A stretch of 64,000 nt of DNA from an uncultured Pelagibacteraceae bacterium (GTDB lineage: Bacteria > Pseudomonadota > Alphaproteobacteria > Pelagibacterales > Pelagibacteraceae). The notes beneath the pieces are model-generated. The model searched no databases. It was not told the origin of the DNA and saw only the letters and a list, made by a program, of their open reading frames with translations. A program made the position numbers and the translations under genes. The DNA is taken from the NCBI GenBank assembly GCA_902573865.1, contig CACGLI010000002.1, forward strand, positions 20,753 to 84,752, written 5' to 3'. Shown here piece after piece: positions 40,582-50,929 of the stretch (the first letter of the stretch is position 1; each line of letters begins with the position of its first letter).

Positions 40582-40894
40582 AATTACATACAAAGATTTC
40601 CAAGGAAATTCAAAAACTATTGAAGTTGAAAACGGATTGACCGTTATGGAGGGAGCTATTCAAAATAACATTCCTGGGATAGATGCTGACTGTGGCGGCT
40701 CAATGGCTTGCGCTACTTGCCATGTTTATGTCGAAGAAAAATGGTTAAATAAAATTCAAAAAGCAGAAGAAGCTGAGGAGGATATGATTGACATGGCATT
40801 TGAACCAAAAAAAAACAGTAGATTAAGTTGTCAACTAATTGTTTCAGAGGAACTAGATGGTTTAATAGTGACAACTCCATCTAAACAGACTTAA
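40574..40894 (+). CDS. fdx: 2Fe-2S ferredoxin (adrenodoxin/putidaredoxin type)
   Basis: CGGSMACATCH and SRLSCQ. Confidence 0.93.
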   Translation: MPKITYKDFQGNSKTIEVENGLTVMEGAIQNNIPGIDADCGGSMACATCHVYVEEKWLNKIQKAEEAEEDMIDMAFEPKKNSRLSCQLIVSEELDGLIVTTPSKQT

Positions 40895-41907
40895 TGAAAA
40901 AAACAGATGTTATAATTATAGGCGCAGGACCTGTAGGTTTATTTGCAGTACATCAATTAGGCATAAAAGGTCTCAAGGCTGTGGTAATTGACAATCTTGA
41001 TAAGGCGGGTGGGCAATGTATTGAGCTATATCCTGACAAACCTATTTATGATATCCCCGCAGTTCCAGAGTGCACAGGTGAACAATTGACAACAAGATTA
41101 CTTGAGCAAATCAAACCATTTAAAACTGATTTATTTCTTAATGAAAGAGTGGATGAGGTTTATCAAGAAAAAGATAATTGGATCGTAAAAACAAGTAGTA
41201 AAAAAGAATTTGTTGCTTCGAGCATTATAATAGCTGGAGGAGTCGGATCATTTGAACCTAGAAAACTTTCTCTTAAACAAGCGGAGAGTCTCGAAGGAAA
41301 ATCAATTTTCTATTCAGTCAAAAATAAAGAAAAATTTAAAAATAAGAATATTTCAATTTTTGGGGGAGGTGACTCAGCTTTAGATTGGGCACTGGAGCTT
41401 TCAAAATTTTCTAAAATTACTTTAATACATAGAAGAAATGAATTCCGAGGAGCACAACACACTCTATCAGAAATAAAAAAATTAGAAAAAAAAGGAAAAA
41501 TTTCAATTAAAACACCATGTCAAATCGAATCCTTGGATAGCGAAAAAAAATTAAAGTCTATCACAATAAAATTTGATAATGGAAAATTAGAAAAAATTCC
41601 TACGGATACAATACTAGGTTTTTTTGGACTAATAATGAAATTAGGCCCAATCGCTGAATGGGGATTAAATATGGATAAAAAAACCATACAAGTAAATTCA
41701 GAAAATTTCGAAACAAACAAAAAAGGGATATTTGCAGCCGGTGATATTTGTTCTTATCCAGGAAAATTAAAATTAATTCTTTCAGGTTTCCATGAGGTAG
41801 CACTAGCCTCAGTAGAATGCTTCAAAAGAGCGAGGCCTAACGAAAAGTATAAGTTTGAATTCACCACTTCGTCTAAGACAATTCAAGGTAGACTTGGAAA
41901 AAAATGA
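40894..41907 (+). CDS. Ferredoxin-NADP(+) reductase, thioredoxin-reductase-like type
   Basis: GAGPVG, GGQC..LYPDKPIYD, GGGDSALDWA; no CxxC. Confidence 0.88.
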   Translation: MKKTDVIIIGAGPVGLFAVHQLGIKGLKAVVIDNLDKAGGQCIELYPDKPIYDIPAVPECTGEQLTTRLLEQIKPFKTDLFLNERVDEVYQEKDNWIVKTSSKKEFVASSIIIAGGVGSFEPRKLSLKQAESLEGKSIFYSVKNKEKFKNKNISIFGGGDSALDWALELSKFSKITLIHRRNEFRGAQHTLSEIKKLEKKGKISIKTPCQIESLDSEKKLKSITIKFDNGKLEKIPTDTILGFFGLIMKLGPIAEWGLNMDKKTIQVNSENFETNKKGIFAAGDICSYPGKLKLILSGFHEVALASVECFKRARPNEKYKFEFTTSSKTIQGRLGKK

Positions 41908-42530
41908 TAGAGCTTCTTACCGCTGACACACCTAATGGTAAGAAAATTTCTATCATGTTAGAGGAAATAAATTTTAACTATAAAATTACAAAAATAAATA
42001 TTTTTAAAGGTGAACAATTCAAGCCAGAATTTAGAAAGATAAGCCCATTTAGTAAAATACCAGTAATCATAGATCATGAAAAAAAAATAAGTCTTTTTGA
42101 GTCAGGAGCTATTTTGATTTATTTGGCAGAAATAAGTGGAAAGTTTTATGATAAAAAACAAAGAACAATAATCAATCAGTGGTTAATGGGACAAATGGCT
42201 TATGTTGGTCCCATGTTAGGTCAACACCATCAGTTTCATCATTACAATCCAGGTAAAAGTGAATTTGGTGAAAAAAGATATTTCAAGATAAGTGAGACAA
42301 TTTACAAAGATCTTGACGAAAGATTAGAAAACTCCAAATTTCTCGCAGGAGAAGATTACTCAATAGCTGACATTGCTACATTTCCCTGGATAGCCAGACA
42401 CGAATGGCATGATATAGGTCTTAAAAAGTTTAGTAATTTAACAAGATGGTATCAGGAAATTTCAAAAAGAGAGGCTGTTAAAAGAGGGTTTGATATTTTA
42501 AAAAAAGGTGATCAAATTCCTACTGTTTAA
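41904..42530 (+). CDS. Glutathione S-transferase (YfcG/Nu-like)
   Basis: TPNG, KIPVI, FESGAIL, YSIADIA. Confidence 0.9.
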   Translation: MIELLTADTPNGKKISIMLEEINFNYKITKINIFKGEQFKPEFRKISPFSKIPVIIDHEKKISLFESGAILIYLAEISGKFYDKKQRTIINQWLMGQMAYVGPMLGQHHQFHHYNPGKSEFGEKRYFKISETIYKDLDERLENSKFLAGEDYSIADIATFPWIARHEWHDIGLKKFSNLTRWYQEISKREAVKRGFDILKKGDQIPTV

Positions 42531-42967
42531 TCATCAATAAAAACTTTTTCATCTCTTTCATGTCTTTCCTGGGCTTCAATAGACAAGGTTGCAATTGGTC
42601 TTGCAATCAATCTTTTGAGTCCTATAGGTTCACCTGTTTCCTCACAATAACCATATGTGCCATCTTTAATTCTTTTTAAAGCAGACTCAATTTTACTTAT
42701 AAGTTTTCTACTTCTGTTTAAAGACTTCATCTCAACTGATTTATCAGTAAGAGAAGAAGCCTGATCAACTATATCCGCCGAAGAAACATTATCGTCACCT
42801 GAGTTTAAAAGATTACTCAAGCTATTTGATTTTACAATATCTCTTTTCCATCTAAGCAACTCGTTAGTAAAAAATTTCTTATGTTTTGCGCACATGTACT
42901 TTTCTTTGTCATTTGGCGCGTATTTTTTGCTTTGGGTTTTTTTTAAATTTGTTATTTTTTTTGGCAT
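42527..42967 (-). CDS. dksA: RNA polymerase-binding protein DksA
   Basis: DIVDQA coiled-coil tip, GTYGYCEETGEPIG.KRL.ARP. Confidence 0.93.
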   Translation of the reverse strand: MPKKITNLKKTQSKKYAPNDKEKYMCAKHKKFFTNELLRWKRDIVKSNSLSNLLNSGDDNVSSADIVDQASSLTDKSVEMKSLNRSRKLISKIESALKRIKDGTYGYCEETGEPIGLKRLIARPIATLSIEAQERHERDEKVFIDD

Positions 42968-43037
42968 TTTAGAAAATGGGAGTATATGATTGAAATTTAG
43001 CGTGTCAATACATTAATAATTGTAATACTTTACAGAT

Positions 43038-44408
43038 ATGGTCAAAAAAAATAATATTATTAATCTTTTATTTGTATATTTCATCTCTCATTTTTTGCTA
43101 TGGGTATTGATACCTACTTTCACTAATACAAATTTACCTTTAGATACCATTGAGGCTTTAGCCTGGGGCAGTAATCTTGACTGGGGATTTGATAAACACC
43201 CTCCAATGAGCGCGGTAATGGTTGAATTAGTTTACTTTATTTTTGGAAACAATGATTGGGCTTATTATATGTTAAGTCAAATTTTTGTATTATCTTCAAT
43301 TTTTGTGGTTTGGACATTTGCGAAAGAATTTTTAAAAAGTGAAATTTATGCGTTTATTTCTGTTTTGATGTTATCAGGGATATACTTCTTTAACTTTACT
43401 ACACCCGAATTTAATGTAAATGTTTGTCAACTCCCATTCTGGGCTTTGACTGTGTTATACAGTTGGAAGAGTTTAAATGAAAAAAAAATAACTAACTGGT
43501 TTTTTCTTGGAATTTTTGCAGCTTTTGGTTTTTTATCAAAATATATATTTATATTTTTATTGCTTTCTTTAGTAATGTTTTACCTCTTTAATTTAAAACA
43601 ATTAAAAAAAGTTGACAACGGAGTTTTTGTTTCATTATTCGTTTTTTTTATTATCGTTTTTCCTCATATTTTTTGGCTAGTTGAAAATAATTTCTTAACC
43701 ATTCAATATGGATTAAGCAGAAGTAGTGCGGGACAAGAAGTATTAATAAATCATTTAATTAATCCTATTATTTTTATTTCTAAACAATTTTTAATTTTAA
43801 CACCTATTTTTATTCTCTGTTTTTGCTTAATAAAAAAAATTAAATTTAAAATTAACTCAAAAGATGAAAAATTTCTTTTTTTGGCTGCTATAAATTTAAT
43901 TCCATTAATTCTATTATTGATGATTTCAATTATTTCTGGAGCAAAAATCAGAACTATGTGGATGACACCGTTCTATTTATATTTACCATTATTTATAATT
44001 TATATTTATCAAAAAAATATTGATCTAAAAAAAATTAATCGTTTTATTTTCATATTTATTTTTTTATTTTTATTATCTCCTATACTTTATTTATCTATTT
44101 CCATTTTTGATGAAACAAAAAGAACTGACTATCCAGGAAGAGAAATAGCTGACTTAGTTCAACGGAAATGGGATAATAATTTTAGAAATGAGATAAACGT
44201 TGTAGTTGGTGATGAATGGGCGGCAGGAAATTTGTCCTATCATTTAGTCTCAAGACCTAAATGGTTTAAAACATTGGAGGGTACTAAAAATTTTCAAGAT
44301 CTAGGAGGTGTAGTTTATGCAGGGAACCCGTCAATTCTTAAAAAAATCTGTCCAGGTGAATATGGGACAATCAAACCGACTGGATATTGTATGATTGGAA
44401 AAAGATGA
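43038..44408 (+). CDS. Membrane-embedded GT-C glycosyltransferase (ArnT/RgtA-C/PMT-like)
   Basis: Multiple TM helices, DTIEA..WG...WGFDKHPP, LSKY. Confidence 0.8.
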   Translation: MVKKNNIINLLFVYFISHFLLWVLIPTFTNTNLPLDTIEALAWGSNLDWGFDKHPPMSAVMVELVYFIFGNNDWAYYMLSQIFVLSSIFVVWTFAKEFLKSEIYAFISVLMLSGIYFFNFTTPEFNVNVCQLPFWALTVLYSWKSLNEKKITNWFFLGIFAAFGFLSKYIFIFLLLSLVMFYLFNLKQLKKVDNGVFVSLFVFFIIVFPHIFWLVENNFLTIQYGLSRSSAGQEVLINHLINPIIFISKQFLILTPIFILCFCLIKKIKFKINSKDEKFLFLAAINLIPLILLLMISIISGAKIRTMWMTPFYLYLPLFIIYIYQKNIDLKKINRFIFIFIFLFLLSPILYLSISIFDETKRTDYPGREIADLVQRKWDNNFRNEINVVVGDEWAAGNLSYHLVSRPKWFKTLEGTKNFQDLGGVVYAGNPSILKKICPGEYGTIKPTGYCMIGKR

Positions 44409-45271
44409 AAAAAATATTTTTTTTAATTCCAGTATTTAATGACTGGGAGTCACTTGAAACATTGATTGAAAACATTCACAAAGAAATTAAAAGTATTAAT
44501 AATTTTGAATTCAATTGTATTATTATAAATGACTCATCGACGATACAAATGGGAAATGTCTCCAAACCACAAACCTTTAAAAATTTTAAAATTTTAGATT
44601 TAAAAAAAAATATTGGTCATGCAAGGTGTATCGCAAGTGGTTTAAGATATCTGGTTAATAATGAGAAATTTGACTTTGTTATTTTAATGGATGGTGATGG
44701 TGAGGATAGGCCAGAAGAAATAAAATATCTTATTTCTAAAGCTACTTCTCTTGATAACTCATCTGTTGTTGCAAAGAGAGTAAAAAGATCAGAAGGTTTT
44801 ATTTTTAAACTTTTGTATGAAACTCATAAAATTCTTACTTTCTTAACTACAGGAAAGAAAATTTTTTTCGGAAACTATAGTTGTTTAACTTTCAAAGATG
44901 CAAAAATTTTAATTGAAAAGAAAACAACTTGGAGCAGCTATTCGGGTTCTGTAACAAAAAATTTAACTAATTTGGTAGAGATCGATTCTATAAGAGGATT
45001 AAGATATTTTGGACCCTCTAAGATGAGTTTAATTAAACTTGTAATACACTCGTTAGCTATAATGGCATCTTTTAAAGAATCTGTATTTTTCAGGACCTCT
45101 TTGTTAATCGCGATATCTTATTTTCTAAGAGAGCTAATCGGTCCTTTTTGGTTATTAATATCCATCTTTTCATTAATTTTTATGTTGCTAGTATTTTTGG
45201 TCTCATTAAGAGAAGACTACTTAAGTCTGATCAACTCAGAAACAAATATTGCACAAATAAAATCCTTGTAA
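44405..45271 (+). CDS. GT2 glycosyltransferase (polyprenol-phosphate sugar synthase-like); ATG 44405 overlaps the upstream stop
   Basis: IPVFND, INDSS, NIGH, MDGDGEDRPE, R..GPSK, two C-terminal TM helices. Confidence 0.82.
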   Translation: MKKIFFLIPVFNDWESLETLIENIHKEIKSINNFEFNCIIINDSSTIQMGNVSKPQTFKNFKILDLKKNIGHARCIASGLRYLVNNEKFDFVILMDGDGEDRPEEIKYLISKATSLDNSSVVAKRVKRSEGFIFKLLYETHKILTFLTTGKKIFFGNYSCLTFKDAKILIEKKTTWSSYSGSVTKNLTNLVEIDSIRGLRYFGPSKMSLIKLVIHSLAIMASFKESVFFRTSLLIAISYFLRELIGPFWLLISIFSLIFMLLVFLVSLREDYLSLINSETNIAQIKSL

Positions 45272-45303
45272 CAAACTGAGGTTGTATTTAGAGTCTGATT
45301 AGG

Positions 45304-45329
45304 AATCAAAAGTGAATCAAAACGAGAAC
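45304..45329 (+). promoter_or_regulatory. Putative tandem alphaproteobacterial LexA (SOS) boxes
   Basis: AATC-N7-AATC-N7-GAAC with exact 11-bp period and A-rich spacers, same geometry as the recA box. Confidence 0.5.
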
Positions 45330-45384
45330 ATTATTTTACGGGGTTTTTTTGATTGCTACTAATGTAATGAAAAAAAGGTAAATT

Positions 45385-45753
45385 ATGATTAAAAGAAAAC
45401 TAAAATGTCACTGTAAAAAGGTAGTTATAGAGGTTACTACACCTGAGAAGATATCAAATTTAATTAAATGCAATTGTTCCTTATGTTCTAAAAAAAACGC
45501 TTTAATGGCAATAACTCAACCTGAGAACTTTAAAATAGTGGAAGGAGAAAATTTTTTAAAAAAATATCAGTTTCATTCAAATACAGCTAATCATTTTTTC
45601 TGCTCAATTTGTGGGATATATACTCATCACAATCCTAGAAGAGATCCAAAATTATTTGGTTTTAATATTATGTGTCTTGAAAATCGAGAAGGATTAAATG
45701 AAAAGGAGATAAAAATGATTGATGGGAAGAATCATCCTTTAGATAAAAAATGA
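45385..45753 (+). CDS. GFA/CENP-V family zinc protein
   Basis: CHC, CNCSLC, HFFCSICG motifs. Confidence 0.88.
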   Translation: MIKRKLKCHCKKVVIEVTTPEKISNLIKCNCSLCSKKNALMAITQPENFKIVEGENFLKKYQFHSNTANHFFCSICGIYTHHNPRRDPKLFGFNIMCLENREGLNEKEIKMIDGKNHPLDKK

Positions 45754-46658
45754 ATTCAAGCGATCAAATTTTAAAAAAAAAATACTTACTATTTTTAAAG
45801 AAACAAGAGGTAAAAGGAGAACCTTTTTTAAATAAATTAAATCAATTTAAAAATTTTTATTTACCAATAAGTGAATATATTTATAGATCTTTAAGAAATA
45901 ACAAAACAAATAATTTAATTGGACTATCTGGTGGTCAAGGATCTGGCAAATCAACAATCGCAAAAATTTTGAAAATTATACTTGAAGAAAAGTATAAAAT
46001 GAGAGTAATAAATTTTTCAATAGATGATTATTATAAAACTATAAAAGAACGAAAAAAATTTTCCAAAAAAACAAGTAATCTTTTTTTGACCAGAGGGGTT
46101 CCTGGCACACATGATACTAAAAGACTTTATAGAGATTTAAAAAAATTGAAAAGTAAAAATTTTAAAAAACTTTATATTCCTAGATTTGATAAATCTATAG
46201 ACGATAGATCTCCAAAAAAAAAATGGTCTATTATTAAAGAAAAACCAGATATAATCATTTTTGAAGGATGGTGTGTTGGAGCTTTAGCGTCCAAAAAATC
46301 AGATATTAAACTTCCAATAAATCTGCTAGAAAAAAAAGAAGACAAAAAAATTATATGGAGAAAAATTATAAATCAAGAATTAAAAAAAAATTACAAAAAA
46401 ATATTTAACATGATAAATACTTTAATATTTCTCAAAATACCAAGTTTTAAATATGTTTATAAGTGGAGATTGTTACAAGAAAAAAAATTAAGCTTATTAT
46501 CCAAAGGAAAAAAAATTATGAACAAGGATCAGATTAAAAGATTCATTATGTTTTATGAAAGAATTACCAAATCAATGCTTAAAAAAACGAGTAAGTTGGC
46601 TGATATAACAATTAAGTTGGATACAAAACACAGGCTTACTTCTATGAAAATCAAATGA
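45750..46658 (+). CDS. P-loop kinase, D-glycerate 3-kinase (GLYK/Tda10)-like
   Basis: SGGQGSGKST, SIDDYY, RGVPGTHD, PRFDKS, FEGW, WRLLQE. Confidence 0.75.
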   Translation: MNSSDQILKKKYLLFLKKQEVKGEPFLNKLNQFKNFYLPISEYIYRSLRNNKTNNLIGLSGGQGSGKSTIAKILKIILEEKYKMRVINFSIDDYYKTIKERKKFSKKTSNLFLTRGVPGTHDTKRLYRDLKKLKSKNFKKLYIPRFDKSIDDRSPKKKWSIIKEKPDIIIFEGWCVGALASKKSDIKLPINLLEKKEDKKIIWRKIINQELKKNYKKIFNMINTLIFLKIPSFKYVYKWRLLQEKKLSLLSKGKKIMNKDQIKRFIMFYERITKSMLKKTSKLADITIKLDTKHRLTSMKIK

Positions 46659-47959
46659 AAATTTTTAAAATAATATTAATTTTTTTTGTTTTACAATTAA
46701 GTAAATTACAAGCTGAAAATCATCTTGTTTATTTTATAAATGAAGCATATAAAAATAATTTAAAATTAAATGCCGAGAGAAAAAACTTTAAAGCAAAAGA
46801 ACAAGATATCAATATTTCAAAAAGTGAATTTTTACCAAGTTTGACCATTGAGGGCTCTCAGTCAAGTTCTCAACTAACAAATAGAACTGACTCTTCAGGT
46901 ACTTCGCTTAGTGACAGTAACTTAGATACTCAATCAAAATCTATAAATATTGAGCAAAAAATTTTTCAAGGTTTTCAAGGGTATAACTCTTATAAAAAAT
47001 CTGAAATTGAATTACAAAAGTCATCTGCAAGTTTAAAAAAAGTAGAACAAGAAACAATTTTAAATACTGCTATTGTGTACTATGATTTAATATTAAGAAC
47101 TGATACAAAATCTTTTAATGTCGATAATGTTTCACTATTTGAAAGGCAAGTTGAGTCGGATAGAATAAGATTACAAAAAGGTGAAATTACTCTCACAGAT
47201 CTAGCTCAATCAGAGTCCTCTTTGGCAGGAGCAAACGCTGACCTCATTATTTCAGATACAGAAGTTCAGAACATTAAGATCAATTTTGAAAAAATTACTG
47301 GAATTAAACCACCAGTAACTCAAAATTTAAAAAAAAGAGAAAATATTAATTTAAAGTTACCAAAAACTCTCTCAGAGTCTTTATCTATAGCTTTAAAAAA
47401 CAATCCTGAATTAATAATGGCTAAAATGGATAGTCTTGCAGCCGAGAGAGATCTTGCTATTGAAAAAGCAAAGCTTTCTCCCAAAGCTACTTTAAATTTT
47501 TCAAAAACTGAAAAAAATGATGCAAGTTTAACAGTTGACCAATTGGATGAGGAAAAAGTTGAAGCAAAAATAAGCTGGCCAATTATCAAAGGGGGGGAAA
47601 ATTTTGCCTCAATTAAAAAATCAAATTTTAAAAATGAGCAATCAAAACTTTCTTTAAAAAATATGGAGATCCAGACTAAGTCAAAAACTACTAATGCTTG
47701 GTCAAATTACAAATCTTCAGAGAGTGTTTTAAAAGCTACTAGGTCTCAGCTTGAAGCAGCAGAAATAGCTAATGAGGGTATTACTTTAGAATATGACTCT
47801 GGAAATAATAGAACCACCCTAGAACTAATTCAATCAAGAAGCCTTTTGTTGGAGGCAAGAATTTCTAACGCGAACGCTGAAAGAAACTTTATTATCTCAC
47901 AATTTCAACTTTTAAAGGAAATCGGAAATTTAGATATTAACATCATTAAAAACACCTAA
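46655..47959 (+). CDS. tolC: TolC family outer membrane protein
   Basis: Signal peptide, duplicated OEP repeats (FLPSL, NPEL, G.RTTLELI). Confidence 0.85.
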   Translation: MKIFKIILIFFVLQLSKLQAENHLVYFINEAYKNNLKLNAERKNFKAKEQDINISKSEFLPSLTIEGSQSSSQLTNRTDSSGTSLSDSNLDTQSKSINIEQKIFQGFQGYNSYKKSEIELQKSSASLKKVEQETILNTAIVYYDLILRTDTKSFNVDNVSLFERQVESDRIRLQKGEITLTDLAQSESSLAGANADLIISDTEVQNIKINFEKITGIKPPVTQNLKKRENINLKLPKTLSESLSIALKNNPELIMAKMDSLAAERDLAIEKAKLSPKATLNFSKTEKNDASLTVDQLDEEKVEAKISWPIIKGGENFASIKKSNFKNEQSKLSLKNMEIQTKSKTTNAWSNYKSSESVLKATRSQLEAAEIANEGITLEYDSGNNRTTLELIQSRSLLLEARISNANAERNFIISQFQLLKEIGNLDINIIKNT

Positions 47960-47990
47960 AACTGTTGTTTTTTTAAGCTCTTGCTTAAAA

Positions 47991-48005
47991 GAACAAAATG
48001 TGTAC
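47991..48005 (+). promoter_or_regulatory. LexA (SOS) box of recA
   Basis: GAAC-aaaatgt-GTAC matches the alphaproteobacterial GAAC-N7-GAAC/GTAC box; between TTGCTT (47981) and TACATT (48003). Confidence 0.8.
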
Positions 48006-48044
48006 ATTTATAAGTATGATTCGAAAAAACAAAAAGGATATAAA

Positions 48045-49148
48045 ATGACAAAAAATAATCTAAAAGTTGTTAAAACTGACAACAAAAAGCAACAAGAATT
48101 AAAAGAAAAGAATAAGTCTTTAGAAGCCGCAATTTCTCAAATAGACCAAAACTTTGGAAAAGGATCTGTAATGAGACTGGGACAGCAACAAGCGTTGGAT
48201 GTTGAAGCAATTTCAACTGGCTCATTAAGTCTTGATTTAGCTCTTGGAATTGGAGGGTTACCAAAAGGAAGAATAATTGAGATTTATGGACCAGAGTCAT
48301 CAGGAAAAACAACATTAGCTTTGCAAGTGGTAGCAGAAGCACAAAAAGCTGGTGGAATATGTGCCTTTGTAGATGCCGAGCATGCAATGGATCCAGTATA
48401 CGCCAAGAAACTTGGTGTTAAAACTGAGGAACTTTTAATTTCACAACCAGATACTGGCGAACAAGCTTTAGAAATAACCGACACATTAATCAAATCAGGA
48501 TCAATTTCTGTTTTAGTGGTAGATTCTGTGGCTGCATTAACTCCTAAAGCTGAATTAGAGGGAGAAATGGGCGATCATCATGTTGGTCTACAGTCGAGAT
48601 TGATGAGCCAAGCATTAAGAAAAATTACTGGTTCTGTTTCAAAATCAAACACAATGGTAATATTTATAAACCAAATAAGAATGAAAATTGGAGTTATGTT
48701 TGGAAACCCAGAAACTACATCTGGAGGAAATGCTCTTAAATTTTATTCTTCTGTAAGAATGGATATAAGAAGAATTGGTGCAATAAAAGAAAAAGATCAG
48801 ATTATTGGAAACTCAACAAGAGTGAAAGTAATTAAAAATAAAGTTGCTCCACCATTTAAGGTTGTAGAATTTGATTTAATGTATGGAAGAGGTATTAGTA
48901 AACTTGGCGAATTAATTGATCTAGGAACCAAAGCAGGGGTAGTTGAAAAATCAGGTGCTTGGTATGCATATAAAGGTGAAAAAATAGGTCAAGGAAGAGA
49001 AAATGCAAAAGTTTTCTTACAAAAAAATCCGACTGTTGCAACAGAAATAGAAAAAATAATTAGAGATCAAGCAACAGCAATAAGTAAAGAGCTGGAGGGC
49101 AATCCTTCAACAAACGAAAAAATTAAAGATAAAAAAGAAGAAGAGTAA
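48045..49148 (+). CDS. recA: Recombinase RecA (start taken as ATG 48045)
   Basis: [30 protein letters not shown]; AAGGA SD before 48045. Confidence 0.98.
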   Translation: MTKNNLKVVKTDNKKQQELKEKNKSLEAAISQIDQNFGKGSVMRLGQQQALDVEAISTGSLSLDLALGIGGLPKGRIIEIYGPESSGKTTLALQVVAEAQKAGGICAFVDAEHAMDPVYAKKLGVKTEELLISQPDTGEQALEITDTLIKSGSISVLVVDSVAALTPKAELEGEMGDHHVGLQSRLMSQALRKITGSVSKSNTMVIFINQIRMKIGVMFGNPETTSGGNALKFYSSVRMDIRRIGAIKEKDQIIGNSTRVKVIKNKVAPPFKVVEFDLMYGRGISKLGELIDLGTKAGVVEKSGAWYAYKGEKIGQGRENAKVFLQKNPTVATEIEKIIRDQATAISKELEGNPSTNEKIKDKKEEE

Positions 49149-49171
49149 TTCATCAAAAGCCATCAATTTAT

Positions 49172-49197
49172 AAACGGGAGATTTTAATCTCCCGTTT
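49172..49197 (+). terminator. Hairpin/terminator after recA
   Basis: aaacgggagat-ttta-atctcccgttt perfect stem, short T tail. Confidence 0.7.
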
Positions 49198-49324
49198 CCC
49201 ATGAAAAATCAACTAAAAATTGTTTAAATCAATATTTAGTACGTTAAAAAAAAAAGACAAAATTAAAGGTGTACAATCATCACCATTTTGGTTTTAATTA
49301 GATATAAAATAAAAAGGGGGAAAA

Positions 49325-50878
49325 ATGAGTACACAACAAGTTAAAAGCTCAAAAGTGTCCGCAGTTCTAGATACCTCTCATTTAAAGGTTAAATTTCCAT
49401 TTAAAGCTAAATACGGTAATTACATAAATGGAAAATTTGTTGAGCCTAAATCGGGAAAATACTTTGATAATCCAAGCCCGATCTCAAATGAGATAATCTG
49501 TTCTGTAGCACGGTCAAACGAGAAGGATGTGGAGGCAGCATTAGATGCAGCTCACGCAGCTTTCAAAGAGTGGGGAAAAACAGACATCACAACAAGGTCA
49601 AACATCTTGTACAAAATAGCCGATGTATTAGAAAAAAATCTAAATTTATTAGCAACAGCTGAGTGTTTAGATAACGGTAAACCAATCAGGGAATGTATGG
49701 CAGCAGATTTGCCTTTGGTAATTGATCACTGGAGATATTTTGCTGGGGTAATCAGGGCAGAAGAAGGTTCTGTAGCAGAAATAAGCAATTCTCAATATTC
49801 ATATAATATTCCTGAGCCTCTTGGAGTAGTTGGTCAAATAGTTCCGTGGAATTTTCCATTATTAATGGCGACATGGAAATTAGCACCGGCTTTAGCAGCA
49901 GGCAATTGTTCTGTTTTAAAGCCAGCTGAACAAACACCGGCATCAATCATGGTTATGATGGAATTAATTGGAGATTTATTACCTCCAGGTGTAGTAAACA
50001 TTGTAAGTGGTTTCGGACTAGAAGCAGGAAAACCTTTAGCGTCCTCTAAAAGAGTAGCTAAAGTAGCTTTTACTGGAGAAACAACAACTGGTAGATTGAT
50101 CATGCAATATGCTGCACAAAATATAATTCCGATAACTTTGGAATTAGGCGGAAAATCTCCAAATATTTTCTTTGAAGACATTATGGAAAAAGATGATGAT
50201 TTCTTAGATAAATGTGTAGAAGGTTTTGTAATGTTCAACTTAAACCAGGGTGAAGTTTGCACTTGCCCGAGTAGAGCATTAGTTCAAGAGTCTATTTATG
50301 ATAAATTCATGGAAAGATGTATTAAAAGAACTAAAGCGGTTGTCCAGGATAATCCTTTAAAAATGGAGACTATGATCGGAGCACAAGCTTCTGTAGAACA
50401 AGTTGAGAAGATTAAATCTTACCTTGATCTAGGGAAAAAAGAGGGTGCTAAAGTTCTTACTGGGGGATCTCAGGCTAAATTAAATAGTGGATTGGAAAAA
50501 GGAAACTATATTCAACCTACTGTTTTTGAAGCTAAAAATAATATGAGAATTTCTCAAGAAGAAATTTTTGGACCGGTTGTTTCTGTTATTAAATTTAAAG
50601 ATGAAGCAGACGCGTTAAAAATCGCGAATGATACTCTTTACGGTTTAGGCGCAGGTGTTTGGACTAGAAATGGTAATATTGCTTATAGAATGGGAAGAGC
50701 GATACAAGCAGGTATAGTGTGGACAAATTGTTATCACGCTTATCCAGCACATTCACCATTTGGTGGTTATAAACAGTCTGGCGTAGGTAGGGAGACTCAC
50801 AAAATGATGCTTAATCATTATAGACAGAATAAGAACTTACACGTTTCTTATGCTGAGAAAAAATTGGGCTTCTTTTAA
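49325..50878 (+). CDS. aldB: Aldehyde dehydrogenase (AldB/AcoD type)
   Basis: [44 protein letters not shown]. Confidence 0.92.
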   Translation: MSTQQVKSSKVSAVLDTSHLKVKFPFKAKYGNYINGKFVEPKSGKYFDNPSPISNEIICSVARSNEKDVEAALDAAHAAFKEWGKTDITTRSNILYKIADVLEKNLNLLATAECLDNGKPIRECMAADLPLVIDHWRYFAGVIRAEEGSVAEISNSQYSYNIPEPLGVVGQIVPWNFPLLMATWKLAPALAAGNCSVLKPAEQTPASIMVMMELIGDLLPPGVVNIVSGFGLEAGKPLASSKRVAKVAFTGETTTGRLIMQYAAQNIIPITLELGGKSPNIFFEDIMEKDDDFLDKCVEGFVMFNLNQGEVCTCPSRALVQESIYDKFMERCIKRTKAVVQDNPLKMETMIGAQASVEQVEKIKSYLDLGKKEGAKVLTGGSQAKLNSGLEKGNYIQPTVFEAKNNMRISQEEIFGPVVSVIKFKDEADALKIANDTLYGLGAGVWTRNGNIAYRMGRAIQAGIVWTNCYHAYPAHSPFGGYKQSGVGRETHKMMLNHYRQNKNLHVSYAEKKLGFF

Positions 50879-50891
50879 CCAATAATATATA

Positions 50892-50920
50892 CTGGCCCAT
50901 GATTCTATATCATGGGCCGG
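50892..50920 (+). other. GC-rich intercistronic hairpin between aldB and DUF779
   Basis: ctggcccatgat-tctat-atcatgggccgg, 12-bp stem with one G-U pair, no U tail. Confidence 0.7.
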
Positions 50921-50929
50921 ACACAAAAA

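Noticed and set aside
48000-48044. Extended RecA N-terminus from the ORF track
   Set aside because: Overlaps the SOS box and promoter; ATG 48045 has an AAGGA SD and is the more plausible start.
49265-49288. Weak inverted repeat ggtg-N9-cacc upstream of aldB as an operator
   Set aside because: Only a 4-bp perfect core; not distinguishable from chance without orthologue alignment.
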